Assembly (NCBI GenBank): GCA_020697715.1 | Contig: JAEHCO010000001.1 | Span: 714,149 to 778,148, forward strand | Direction: 5' to 3' | Origin: Methanobacteriota archaeon | Lineage (GTDB): Archaea; Thermoplasmatota; Thermoplasmata; SG8-5; JAGLSY01 | DNA length: 64,000 bases | In this document: in pieces, positions 9,772 through 19,917 of the stretch | How the letters are laid out: each line of letters opens with the position of its first letter | Position numbering within the stretch: the stretch's first letter is position 1 | Made by a program: the position numbers and the translations under genes | Notes under the pieces: model-generated | What the model saw: the letters and a program-made list of their open reading frames with translations, nothing else | Told to the model about the DNA's origin: nothing | The model's database searches: none

Positions 9772-10560
9772 ATGAGTCATTTGATATTTATCGGTTTGGG
9801 GCTTCACGACGAGAAGGGAATCACACTGGCAGGTTTGGAGGCCATAAAAAGCTGTGATCAGCTTTTTATGGAGGAGTACACCGCGGTGCTCACTGGTACT
9901 GGCCATGAGAAGCTTGAAGAGCTATATGGTAAGGAAATAAATTTTCTTGATCGAAAAGCGGTGGAGGATGGCTCCATCATTCTGGAAGCCGCTAAAAGGT
10001 CAAAAGTGGCCTTTCTTGTTCCTGGGGATGCGATGTCCGCCACCACCCACGTGGATATAACTCTGCGCGCCAGGGACATGGGCATCGGGACATCCATCAT
10101 ACCCGGGGTCTCAGCTCTCAATGCGATCCCTGGATTCCTCGGACTTCAGAATTACAAGTTCGGTAAGATAACGACAATTCCTTTTTGGGAGGAGAACTAC
10201 AAACCAGCCAGCTTCTACGACGCGGTGGCTGACAATCTGGAGATGGGATTGCATTCACTTATTCTTCTGGACATACAGGCTGACGTACCAAGGTACATGA
10301 CGGCCACCCAGGCCTTTGAAATGCTTATAGAGGTGGAGAAAGATAGCAATAAAAATATCTTCACACCCGATCGTATAGTGTGTGTTGTCGCGAGGGCTGG
10401 AAGTGAGGATGTCCTTGTTAGGGCGGGCACGCTGGCCGAACTGCGGGGTGAGGATTTCGGAGGGCCTATGCATTCCATTGTTGTTCCTGGAAAAATGCAT
10501 TTTATGGAAGCCGAGGCGCTGGTTAAATTGGCTGGAGCGCCGAAGGAAATAATGGAATAA
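9772..10560 (+). CDS. dph5: Diphthine synthase
   Basis: FIGLGL, EEYT, GDAMSATTH, GLQNYKFGK, HSLILLDI and DFGGPMHS..VPG.MHFME. Confidence 0.95.
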   Translation: MSHLIFIGLGLHDEKGITLAGLEAIKSCDQLFMEEYTAVLTGTGHEKLEELYGKEINFLDRKAVEDGSIILEAAKRSKVAFLVPGDAMSATTHVDITLRARDMGIGTSIIPGVSALNAIPGFLGLQNYKFGKITTIPFWEENYKPASFYDAVADNLEMGLHSLILLDIQADVPRYMTATQAFEMLIEVEKDSNKNIFTPDRIVCVVARAGSEDVLVRAGTLAELRGEDFGGPMHSIVVPGKMHFMEAEALVKLAGAPKEIME

Positions 10561-10640
10561 TCTTATGAAAATTAATACTTTCGCCCTACCCCACCTAAGC
10601 CTTATAAATGAACCGGGGAATGTACCTATGGTGATAGACC

Positions 10641-11585
10641 ATGAGTGACGAGATACAGATAGAAGACCTGCCCGGAGTGGGACCCGCAACCGCCGAGAAG
10701 CTAAGAGAAGCTGGATACACAACATTATTGGCCATAGCGGTTGAATCCCCAAAAAATCTTTCAGATCTGGCGGATATCGGGGATGCTGTCGCGGTCAAGG
10801 TCATCGCCGCCGCGAAGAAAGCCGCGGATCTCGGTAATTTCGAGACCGGTGATATCGTCATGGAAAGAAGGCAGAACATTGGAAAGCTTACGACCATGTC
10901 GAAAGCTTTCGACAGCCTGATGGGCGGAGGTATCGAGACCCAGGCCATCACGGAGATGTTCGGGGAGTTTGGTTCAGGTAAGACCCAGATAGCGCATCAA
11001 TGTGCGGTCTCGGTGCAATTACCAGTGGAAGAAGGGGGGCTGGATGGAGACGTGATCATAATCGACACAGAGAACACTTTCAGGCCGGAGAGGATAACGC
11101 AGATGGCTGAAGCACTCGATCTGGATCCTACAAAGGTATTGAAGAGGATACATGTTGCCAGGGCTTTCAATTCCCATCATCAAATGTTACTGGCGGATAA
11201 AGCAAAGGAAACTGCCGAGGATCTCAATGTACGTCTTTTGATAGTTGATTCATTGACATCACATTTCAGAGCAGAGTACATTGGTCGAGGGGCATTGGCA
11301 GATCGCCAGCAGAAGCTGAACAAGCATATGCATGATCTATTGAGATTCGGTGACCTTAATAACGCGGCCATCATAGTTACCAATCAGGTGTCTTCCAAAC
11401 CTGATGCTTTCTTTGGAGATCCAACAAGACCCATCGGGGGACACATAGTCGGGCACACGGCGACCTTCAGATTATATCTCAGAAAGAGCAAGGGTGGAAA
11501 ACGTATAGCCAGGCTCATAGATTCTCCGAATCTACCAGAGGGTGAGGCAGTTGTCACGATAGATGTGAAAGGCGTTCGAGATTGA
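10641..11585 (+). CDS. radA: DNA repair and recombination protein RadA
   Basis: N-terminal HhH ([12 protein letters not shown]), Walker [20 protein letters not shown] and GGHIVGH. No intein. Confidence 0.98.
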   Translation: MSDEIQIEDLPGVGPATAEKLREAGYTTLLAIAVESPKNLSDLADIGDAVAVKVIAAAKKAADLGNFETGDIVMERRQNIGKLTTMSKAFDSLMGGGIETQAITEMFGEFGSGKTQIAHQCAVSVQLPVEEGGLDGDVIIIDTENTFRPERITQMAEALDLDPTKVLKRIHVARAFNSHHQMLLADKAKETAEDLNVRLLIVDSLTSHFRAEYIGRGALADRQQKLNKHMHDLLRFGDLNNAAIIVTNQVSSKPDAFFGDPTRPIGGHIVGHTATFRLYLRKSKGGKRIARLIDSPNLPEGEAVVTIDVKGVRD

Positions 11586-11653
11586 TATTAATTTATCAAT
11601 ATCGAACTCTGCCATTTAAATTAGATAATATCGCACTCTAAAATTATCAAGTC

Positions 11654-12916
11654 CTATTGATCGGATATCTCGCCCAATGCCTTCTTCACAAAATCATCCA
11701 TCTTCAGATGTGTGTAGAGATTGGCGGCTCGTCTCAGTTCCTCATTGGCTCGACTGATATTGCCCTTTCTCTTATAGGACATTCCCATTTCATACCTGCA
11801 CTGGGCGAGGTAAGAAGGTGTATTGATCTCTGTGTAAATATCAACAGCTTTCTGATAGCTGAGAGCGGCCATATCCCAATTCTCTTTTTTGGAATACAAC
11901 ATGCCATAGGCCTGATAGGCTCCTCCTATGCCAGCTCTGTCCCCGATCTCCTCCAGGAATGATAGACTGGAACCCAGCATCTCCTCTGCTTTATCAAAGT
12001 CAAGCTTATTGACCAATGCGATGGCCATGTTCGCCTCGGCCCATGCCTTCATATTGAACCATCCACCCTTGTTTGCGAACTCCACGCTCTTTTCCAAGTT
12101 GACAAGAGCTTTATCCCAATCCTTTTTCAATAGATAGGTATCGCCAAGATTATTGTATGCTCGAGATATTTGTTGATAATTTTCAGTATCCTTCAAATTA
12201 TCCAGAGCCTCGGTATAATGCTCCAGGGCATCCTGAAGCTCACCCATATCGGAATGAACATTACCGAGTCCGATATTGGCTATTCCCTGCCCATCATGAT
12301 TATCGGACACTCTGGCAAGGTACGCGCCCTCTTCGTAGGATTTGATGGCCTTGGCATAGAGACCCATGTTCCATTGAGCAGTGCCAATGGCATTATGGCA
12401 GTTCGCCATTTCAGCCTTGTCACTGGTCTCCTTAACGAACTCAAGGGATTGAGCATAGAACTCCAATGCCTGCTCGAATTCCGCTCTTTCCTGATGGATG
12501 AACCCCAATAATCTGAGGAATCTGGCAGTCTCATTCTTATCCTTCCTTGACTCAGCATCCTTTAAAAGCTCATCAAAATATTGGAAGGCCTTGTCCCACT
12601 CTCCAGCAAAGAGGCTTGCTTTCCCAAGATCCTCTCTCATACGGATCTTGTTCTCCTCACTGGCCTCGTCCTCAACGATCTGCTCCATATCACCAAGAGC
12701 CTTGATCTCCTTGTAAATCTTCCTTGCTTTCTCATACCCACCGAATGTCCTCATAACCTCTGAAAGCTTGCTAGCCAGGCTTGGAAGGTCTCGGGATTCG
12801 ATATTGTCAGGGTCTGTGCCGATTATAAGGCACTGCTTCTTAACAATAAAAGGTCCCATATCATGCATCTCTCTCTGCATGATGTCATTTATTTTTGTAG
12901 TTAATTCACTGGGCAT
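11654..12916 (-). CDS. TPR-repeat protein with small N-terminal helical domain
   Basis: About 8 TPR repeats (e.g. AYNNLGDTY...ALVNLEKS) after a ~75-aa N-terminal domain. Confidence 0.85.
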   Translation of the reverse strand: MPSELTTKINDIMQREMHDMGPFIVKKQCLIIGTDPDNIESRDLPSLASKLSEVMRTFGGYEKARKIYKEIKALGDMEQIVEDEASEENKIRMREDLGKASLFAGEWDKAFQYFDELLKDAESRKDKNETARFLRLLGFIHQERAEFEQALEFYAQSLEFVKETSDKAEMANCHNAIGTAQWNMGLYAKAIKSYEEGAYLARVSDNHDGQGIANIGLGNVHSDMGELQDALEHYTEALDNLKDTENYQQISRAYNNLGDTYLLKKDWDKALVNLEKSVEFANKGGWFNMKAWAEANMAIALVNKLDFDKAEEMLGSSLSFLEEIGDRAGIGGAYQAYGMLYSKKENWDMAALSYQKAVDIYTEINTPSYLAQCRYEMGMSYKRKGNISRANEELRRAANLYTHLKMDDFVKKALGEISDQ

Positions 12917-12993
12917 TTCTCATCATCCTTAATGTTGAGGATAATTGCACTTAGAATATATAATCCTGTTTATCCTTCCTCATATATCCTTCA

Positions 12994-13377
12994 TCAACCA
13001 TAGCCATCTATTTCAAATATCTTTGATCGGGATCTACATTGGCTCATGTATTTGATGAGGTCCTTTATCGTGTTCGTCAAGATAATGTGATTCATCTCTC
13101 CCTGGAATTCCCGCATCATATCCCTGCCACAGAAGAATTTGAAGGTAGGTACACCCATGACATTATGAAAAGCAGCCAGGGATTGATTCCTGGAGGCATC
13201 TATCTTGACAAATATGGCATCTTCCTTCATCTCCCTGGCCACATCTTGAAATACAGGTTCCATGCTCCTGCATACTGGACAGGTGGTGGTGTAGAATTCC
13301 ACAACTATCAATTTCTTGGTCTCATCCATTAGTCTATTGAAGCTGGCTTCATTAAGTTCCTTGATGACCTCTTCCAT
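12994..13377 (-). CDS. Thioredoxin family protein
   Basis: VVEFYTTTCPVC and cis-Pro motif GVPTF. Confidence 0.9.
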   Translation of the reverse strand: MEEVIKELNEASFNRLMDETKKLIVVEFYTTTCPVCRSMEPVFQDVAREMKEDAIFVKIDASRNQSLAAFHNVMGVPTFKFFCGRDMMREFQGEMNHIILTNTIKDLIKYMSQCRSRSKIFEIDGYG

Positions 13378-13454
13378 ATTCCTTCACCAATTGATGAAAT
13401 GGATTTCCATGAATATAAATTTGTTCATCAAGCATCATAAAAAATAATAAAGTG

Positions 13455-13487
13455 TGGATGGGCTCTTTCGAACCCATCCATTTTTTG
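13455..13487. terminator. Hairpin downstream of the ABC operon
   Basis: TGGATGGG-N10-CCCATCCA flanked by A/T tracts. Confidence 0.6.
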
Positions 13488-13507
13488 TTCATTACTTATG
13501 CCAGTTC

Positions 13508-16500
13508 TTAACCCACATATCTCAGAGCCTCTGAAGGCGATGTCTTGGAAGCATTCATGGCCGGTATTATGGTGCACAGTATTGTCGCTATGTACGCGAT
13601 GGCTGTTACCAGAGCGATCTTCGCCCATGGTATGACGTACTCAATGTCGCCGCCCATATCGGATATCATGACATTGAAGATCTCATATGATACCATTATG
13701 CCAGCTAATGTCCCGATAAGGACTCCCATGGTCGCCACGAACAATATCTCGATGAGGAAGGCATTGCGCACATTCTTCTTCTTGAAGCCAATGGATCGCA
13801 ATATTCCGATCTCCGGTGTCCTTTCAACGACCGATCTTATGGTTATTATACCAAGACCTGCAACACCCACGACCATACCCATGTAGAGGTAAAGCTCGAA
13901 GAGAACGAACATGGAGTTCATCATCTCCATGGAGCTCTCCACCATGTCCTCGACGATGACCGAGTTCATACCAAGAGCCGCAAAATCCTTTTCCATGGCA
14001 TCGGCAGTAGCCTGAATGTCCTGACCGTCACCCACATCAATGAGGAATACGGAATTGGCCATCCCCATCATGCCGAATTCCTTGATAACGTTCGGCTTGG
14101 ACATGAAAGCACCGTTCAAGGTACTCTGGTCAACTATTCCGATCACCTGATATTCTTCGGTCACATCTCCTGTGAAGGTTGTAAAGGTCAAGTGGTTGCC
14201 AACAGACACCTGGCTCATCATGGCCATCATACTACTGTATATGATGTAGTTTGAATCTGGTGCTGTGACCGCCTCCCATACGGCGCTCACTTCCTGGCCT
14301 TCAAATTCCTCCATGACCTTCATGAACTCGAATGATCTTCCTTCATGGAATTGATCATCTATACCATATACGATGGCGCCCGAGAACATTCCAAAGCCGA
14401 AACCCATACCTCCTTCATCAGCCTGGACCTCTTCGGTCACATTCGCTTCAGCAGCATAGGCTTGAGAAACCTGAGAAATAGTGGCATGATCGAAGACACT
14501 GGACGTGATCATGGTATTGTCTACAGGGTCTGTCACATTGTATATGTCTATGACCGGGTTCTGTGCATTGGCAATTATATGATAACCGCCGCCTTCCTTC
14601 AATGTTTCTTCATCCAGATCCATGACGAATATGTTCGAGAACACAGAAAGCATGACGATCATGTAAACGACAAGTGCGAACATGGCCACACTCATTCCAG
14701 TTCTGAACTTCTTGCTCAATGGATATGATACCGCGGTCATCACGGTTGGCCTGAACTTCTTCGCTCGCCCAATGCTATTAACGATCATCATTATAACTGG
14801 TTTTGAATTGTACATTATCAAAAGCACCAGGCTGAGAACTATCAGAACACCAGACAGGATGAAAGGCATTTCCAGATTTCCCATGTCCGCATCTCCGAAA
14901 TATGTCCTTATAGCGTAATATGTGTAAAGGAATACTCCAAGAGTGGCGGATGTGACAGAGATCCTATCTCCGATCCATCTCCACAGGAGCATTGCCAGTC
15001 CTGTTATGATTCCTGATGGGGCCAGTAACTTCACCATGAACTCATCGTTCCACATTTGGAACATCATCACGGAGGAAACCACTACAAGGAGAGCACCGAG
15101 CAATGGAATCTTCCAGCCTTTCCTATCATTAACTGGCTCTTCAATTCCTCGAATAGCCCTTATGATATTCAGATTGCTGATCCTCCAGGATGTGAATAAT
15201 ATCGTGGCAAAGGTTATTATGAACCCTGTGGAGAAGGCCTGTATCAGGCTGAAGTTCTCGAAGTGGAATGGTATGACCACACCTGCCATGATATTCGCGA
15301 TATTGTTTATCATGTAGATAAGTATCCAACCGATCACGACACCGACTATCGTTCCCATGGCACTTGCCACAGAACCATAGGCTAATCCTTCAAAGAGGAA
15401 GGACTGCATAAGGTGACGTCGCTTCATTCCAACCGCTCTGGCCATTCCCAATTCGGACTTTCTCTCCTCGGCCAGCATGGTGAAGATATTGATTATAAGA
15501 ATAACACCTGCCAGTATGGCGAATGATCCAAATATGGTAAGGAATGTGGATAATAGTTCATTTATATCCTGCGCCATCTCAAGGCTGTCCTGCTTGACTC
15601 CCTCGGCTTCCAGTATGAATGTGTAGGAGTACTCGGCGAATACAGGGGTCATCGGAGGCGGCGAAACAAATGTCACCATGCCAGACGACTCATCGAATTC
15701 GAAATTATTGTATATGGTCGAATTAACATCACTTAGAAGAGGAGCAACAGGAAGGAAGGAACCATTTGGTGCCATGACAAAATCCCCCAGGATGATGTAC
15801 ATCGCTCCACCATTCTCCACCATGAAAGGCGTCTGCTCCATCACAGTACCATTGGTCGTGAGCACCAAGCTACCTGCATCCAGATTGGAATTAGATAGCA
15901 TCGATATGTTGGCTCCACCCATTGGGATCGGGATCAGCATCTCGTTCTGGACATTGAAGGTCAGATCCTGTATAAGTGGCTCTATGGCCTCCAATACTTC
16001 CTCGGTGCCATCTGTTCCACTCTCCACACCACCAATATTGGAGATCTTGATCATGGATATCATGTTTTGAGCATCCAGCATATCCTGGGCCGTATCTATA
16101 TCGACATAGATATTGTATGTTTCCAGATTCATGCCGCTTCCAGGATTGAACTGTGCCTTTCCCTCATCTTCCACAATGTAGGATATTGTCAATGTTTGGC
16201 TGTGTATGTCTCCGTAGCCCATGTATCCATTCCCGATGGTGTATGTGAGATCGATCGTGTCGCCAACATCTGCATCCAGGCTATTGGCCAATTCCCGGTT
16301 GATGACCGAATTGTTTCCAGTCACGGCTCCATTTATCTCCTCACCGTTGGAAAGGGTGAACAAACCAAATTCCTCATCCTGCACGGCGTCGAATCCGATA
16401 AGACTCACTGATGGTTCAAACAATCCACTTTGCTGTTGACGAACACTGACACTTTGCACCAGCAACGGCGATATGCCGTCCGTCAGCGCACTCAGCTCAT

Positions 16501-16819
16501 TGTTGCTGGATATGGTAGTGTAGATAGATTCGTCAAAGGTTCCACCATTATCCTCGCTGATGAGCACATCTATGACCTGAAGTTGCTCATATGTCTCCTC
16601 AACGATGAAATATTCTATCGAGTCTCCAACGACCATCGATGCACATATGATAGAGGTCCCTATCAACAGGCCAGCCACCGATATCACGGTATGGCCCTTG
16701 TGCCTCAGGAAGTTCCTGACCCCGAGTTTCGCGATCACCCGTCTATGAATTCCCATGGCCAGCATCAGTACGATGAGGCCAAGGACGATAGCGGGCAAAT
16801 ATAATTCAGAGGTTTCCAT
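13508..16819 (-). CDS. ABC transporter permease, duplicated MacB/FtsX type
   Basis: Two FtsX motifs (EERKSELGMARAVG, VERTPEIGILRSIG), two large extracellular domains, ends P.EALRY. Confidence 0.9.
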   Translation of the reverse strand: METSELYLPAIVLGLIVLMLAMGIHRRVIAKLGVRNFLRHKGHTVISVAGLLIGTSIICASMVVGDSIEYFIVEETYEQLQVIDVLISEDNGGTFDESIYTTISSNNELSALTDGISPLLVQSVSVRQQQSGLFEPSVSLIGFDAVQDEEFGLFTLSNGEEINGAVTGNNSVINRELANSLDADVGDTIDLTYTIGNGYMGYGDIHSQTLTISYIVEDEGKAQFNPGSGMNLETYNIYVDIDTAQDMLDAQNMISMIKISNIGGVESGTDGTEEVLEAIEPLIQDLTFNVQNEMLIPIPMGGANISMLSNSNLDAGSLVLTTNGTVMEQTPFMVENGGAMYIILGDFVMAPNGSFLPVAPLLSDVNSTIYNNFEFDESSGMVTFVSPPPMTPVFAEYSYTFILEAEGVKQDSLEMAQDINELLSTFLTIFGSFAILAGVILIINIFTMLAEERKSELGMARAVGMKRRHLMQSFLFEGLAYGSVASAMGTIVGVVIGWILIYMINNIANIMAGVVIPFHFENFSLIQAFSTGFIITFATILFTSWRISNLNIIRAIRGIEEPVNDRKGWKIPLLGALLVVVSSVMMFQMWNDEFMVKLLAPSGIITGLAMLLWRWIGDRISVTSATLGVFLYTYYAIRTYFGDADMGNLEMPFILSGVLIVLSLVLLIMYNSKPVIMMIVNSIGRAKKFRPTVMTAVSYPLSKKFRTGMSVAMFALVVYMIVMLSVFSNIFVMDLDEETLKEGGGYHIIANAQNPVIDIYNVTDPVDNTMITSSVFDHATISQVSQAYAAEANVTEEVQADEGGMGFGFGMFSGAIVYGIDDQFHEGRSFEFMKVMEEFEGQEVSAVWEAVTAPDSNYIIYSSMMAMMSQVSVGNHLTFTTFTGDVTEEYQVIGIVDQSTLNGAFMSKPNVIKEFGMMGMANSVFLIDVGDGQDIQATADAMEKDFAALGMNSVIVEDMVESSMEMMNSMFVLFELYLYMGMVVGVAGLGIITIRSVVERTPEIGILRSIGFKKKNVRNAFLIEILFVATMGVLIGTLAGIMVSYEIFNVMISDMGGDIEYVIPWAKIALVTAIAYIATILCTIIPAMNASKTSPSEALRYVG

Positions 16820-16851
16820 TTTCTCACCTTTTGGATATTTAATATATTATT

Positions 16852-17640
16852 CTACCTCAACTCGGGTGCCTCGACGGCCTCTGTGATCTCTGCGGATCCT
16901 TCAATTTCATGGTCATCAGCATGCTCTATCGGAACCTTTCCTTGCCCTGGCATCTCAGTGGCAACGAACTTGCCGCTTCGCATGTAGAGGATCTTGTCAG
17001 CCCTTCGTCCGATCTCCAGGTTATGAGTGACTATGACGAATGTTGCCTGTGTTTCATCCCTCAATCTGGCAACAAGGTCCATTATGCCATTCGCGGTCTC
17101 ATCATCAAGATCACCTGTCAATTCATCGCCCCAGATGATAGCTGGCTTTGCGATCAATGCTCTTGCGATGGTGGTTCTCTGTCTCTCACCACCACTCAAT
17201 GCACCGGGTCGGCTGTGCATGACCTTCTCGAGACCAACAGTCTTCATTATCTCGATGGCTGCCTCCCTAGCTTCCTTAGCAGGTGTGCCGGATACCAGAA
17301 GTGGCATCTCGACGTTCTCAACTGCTGAAAGAACTGGAAGCAGATTGTAAAATTGGAATATGAAGCCCATTCTATGAGCCCTGTGCTCGGTCTTGTCATT
17401 ATCTGACATGGAAGCAAGGTCTGTACCTTCTATCTCCACAACTCCGCCAGTTACATCATCAAGACCAGAAAGGCAATTCAACATAGTTGTCTTGCCACAG
17501 CCAGATGGACCCATGATAGCGATCATGTCTCCTTTCTTGACGGTAAAATCCACGCCCCTTAGGGCCTTGACCTCGACACTGCCTGTCTTGTAGGTCTTGT
17601 ATATGTTCTTGGCATTCACCATTATATTATTTTCACTCAT
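16852..17640 (-). CDS. ABC transporter ATP-binding protein (LolD/MacB type)
   Basis: GPSGCGKT, GFIFQFYNL, LSGGERQR, DELTGDLD and VTH motifs. Confidence 0.95.
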   Translation of the reverse strand: MSENNIMVNAKNIYKTYKTGSVEVKALRGVDFTVKKGDMIAIMGPSGCGKTTMLNCLSGLDDVTGGVVEIEGTDLASMSDNDKTEHRAHRMGFIFQFYNLLPVLSAVENVEMPLLVSGTPAKEAREAAIEIMKTVGLEKVMHSRPGALSGGERQRTTIARALIAKPAIIWGDELTGDLDDETANGIMDLVARLRDETQATFVIVTHNLEIGRRADKILYMRSGKFVATEMPGQGKVPIEHADDHEIEGSAEITEAVEAPELR

Positions 17641-17653
17641 TTCTTATTCCTCC

Positions 17654-17986
17654 TCATAGATCATTGAATATATCTTTAATCGCATTCAATCCATCGTCGA
17701 AATTATCATCCAATTGCTTGATCGCCTCTTTGCCTTTTTTTGTGATGGAAAAGACCTTTTTCATTCCACAGGATTTCACATTTATCAATCCGGCTCCTTT
17801 TAGCTTCATAAGAGCAGGATGTAAAGAACCTGAGCTTGGTCTCCAACCACTGACTTCTTCTATTCGGCTCATCATGGCATAGCCGTGCATCTCCTCGCGT
17901 GCCAGCATCTTCAATATGAAGAACTTTAAGAGGCCTTTTCGGAAGTCCTTGGCAATTTCCCTGGTAAGTATATCGGATTTCGACAT
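17654..17986 (-). CDS. PadR family transcriptional regulator
   Basis: ILKML...MHGY..M......PSSGSLHPAL..L...GLI.......KKVF.IT.KG. Likely ATG at 17986 (alternative 18001). Confidence 0.9.
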   Translation of the reverse strand: MSKSDILTREIAKDFRKGLLKFFILKMLAREEMHGYAMMSRIEEVSGWRPSSGSLHPALMKLKGAGLINVKSCGMKKVFSITKKGKEAIKQLDDNFDDGLNAIKDIFNDL

Positions 17987-18015
17987 ATCGATATCCGACA
18001 TATCGATGTTCGATA
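17971..18015. promoter_or_regulatory. Three tandem 15-bp palindromes TATCG-N5-CGA(C/T)A (putative PadR operator)
   Basis: TATCGGATTTCGACA / TATCGATATCCGACA / TATCGATGTTCGATA, overlapping the padR start and the minus-strand TTTATAT box. Confidence 0.7.
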
Positions 18016-18066
18016 TAAAGATTTCGCCTGTCAAAAGCAGATAAATTTTAGAAAATAAAGGAAAAA

Positions 18067-18098
18067 TGAAAGCGGCCAGTTCATAATGACCGCTTTAT
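18067..18098 (-). terminator. Hairpin terminator after the M3 peptidase gene
   Basis: AAAGCGG...CCGCTTT stem followed on the minus strand by TTTTTCCTTTATTTT. Confidence 0.55.
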
Positions 18099-18106
18099 TC
18101 TCGTTC

Positions 18107-19801
18107 TCACAACCCTATCTGTTTCATTATCTTATTGGTCATGTCCTCAAGGACCTCAGGATGCTTCAGAATGAACTTCACACCTGCTGCCTCGAACAGT
18201 TCTGGCAGGCTGACCGTGCTTCCCAAGCCGAGCGCATGTTTGTAATCCTTCACAGCTCCATCGAAATCATCCAGTGATCGGAGGTATACTTGAAGGGCTC
18301 CTATCTGTGCTATGCCGTATTCGATGTAGTACAGTGGAACTTCATAAACATGTAGATACTGCCATCCGAGCTGATCCTCTTTCTCCAATCCCGAATAGTC
18401 AGTTGAAGGTCTGTATTTGGCAGTAAGTTCTCTCCATTTTGCAGCTCTCTTTTCCGCACTGGCTCCATCAGGATCACTGTATACCCAGGTCTGGAACTCG
18501 TCCAAACTGGCCATGAATGGTAGGAATATCAAGATATTCTCCAATTGCTTGATCGCGATCCTCTCTCTGTCCACCTCATTGTATATGATGTCCATGTAAG
18601 GCCGGGCTAGAAGTTCCAATGACATGGAAGCCACCTCTGCGAACTCCAAAGGCACTTCCCTCGCCTGCTTTAGCAGATGTCTGGACAGGAAGCCGTGCAT
18701 CGCATGCCCACCTTCGTGGATGAGTGTGTCAAAGTCTCGGCTGGTACCCACGAAGTTACTGAAGATAATGGATATCCTCTCTTCCTCAAAGGTCATCATG
18801 TAAGCTCCTGGAGCCTTCCCCGGTCTGTTCTCCAGATCCAGATATCCTTTCTTGTCCATGAGCTTGAAAGCATCTGAGAACTGTGGATCGATGGAACCCA
18901 TTACCTTCGCCACCTTGTCTTTCAGATCATCAATATCATCATAGATCTTTGGAGGTTCCGCTCTGTCTGGGTCTGCCTGTGAATCCCAGGGCCTGAAGGA
19001 ATCCAGCTCCAATTTCTGCTTTCTCCTTTCCAGGATCTTGTCAACAGCAGGGACCACATATTCCTTTATCGCATCCCTGAAGGCCTTCACATCTTCTTTG
19101 GTGTAGCTCAGTCTTCGATAATCCTTGAACTTGTACTCGACAAAGCCCGGCATATCGGCATTGGCAGCCACTGCTTTGCGATTGGGCAGCATCTTGTCAA
19201 AGAGATCGTTCAGCTTATCATAATCAACCTTATGCATTTCCACAATAGCTCTCCATGCCTTTTCCCTGAGCTCACGGTCTGGAGATTCAAGGTATGGTCG
19301 TAATTGGGCCGGTGTCTTCTTTTCTCCATTGAACTCGGTCTCCCAAGACCCGGATATCTTCTGGTATTCCTTTCTCATCAGCATATCCTGGCTGATGAGT
19401 GGCAGATTCTCTTCCTTGAAGAGCTCGACATCCCATTTGGAATTCATTTTCGCAATACTGAAATCATCGGGAACCCATTCTTCCGGGAAAGAAAGGAACT
19501 TCTGCTTCGCTTTCTCGTCCAGCTCTTCCGCGACAGGAACAACTTCCTGCACAAGGCGGGTGAATTCCTTCTCGATCTCTTCATTGTTCACATCCCTCGT
19601 CATATTGAAATAAGACTTATCTTGGACCTCGGCAATGGCCGATGTGACCTCTGACCAGGCCTCCATCCATGTCCAAGCCTCTTCCTTGGATTCTACCTTC
19701 ATTCCATCCAGCATCTCGTATGCTGGCTTGATCTTCTCAATGTCTCCCATATAATCATTCTGATCTATGAATTGTCTAGGATACTCTTTATAAATGTCCA
19801 T
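18107..19801 (-). CDS. M3 family oligoendopeptidase
   Basis: HEGGH zinc motif, RPGKAPGAY, EFAEVASMSLE and YYIEYGIAQ. Confidence 0.93.
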   Translation of the reverse strand: MDIYKEYPRQFIDQNDYMGDIEKIKPAYEMLDGMKVESKEEAWTWMEAWSEVTSAIAEVQDKSYFNMTRDVNNEEIEKEFTRLVQEVVPVAEELDEKAKQKFLSFPEEWVPDDFSIAKMNSKWDVELFKEENLPLISQDMLMRKEYQKISGSWETEFNGEKKTPAQLRPYLESPDRELREKAWRAIVEMHKVDYDKLNDLFDKMLPNRKAVAANADMPGFVEYKFKDYRRLSYTKEDVKAFRDAIKEYVVPAVDKILERRKQKLELDSFRPWDSQADPDRAEPPKIYDDIDDLKDKVAKVMGSIDPQFSDAFKLMDKKGYLDLENRPGKAPGAYMMTFEEERISIIFSNFVGTSRDFDTLIHEGGHAMHGFLSRHLLKQAREVPLEFAEVASMSLELLARPYMDIIYNEVDRERIAIKQLENILIFLPFMASLDEFQTWVYSDPDGASAEKRAAKWRELTAKYRPSTDYSGLEKEDQLGWQYLHVYEVPLYYIEYGIAQIGALQVYLRSLDDFDGAVKDYKHALGLGSTVSLPELFEAAGVKFILKHPEVLEDMTNKIMKQIGL

Positions 19802-19917
19802 TTAACCTCACCTTAACACGGACAATACATAATGATTGATATTAATTTGCTTCATGGTCGCTATCCGCACATGGTGGATGATGATGTTGATGAGAATTAT
19901 GTTAATATATCCAAGGA

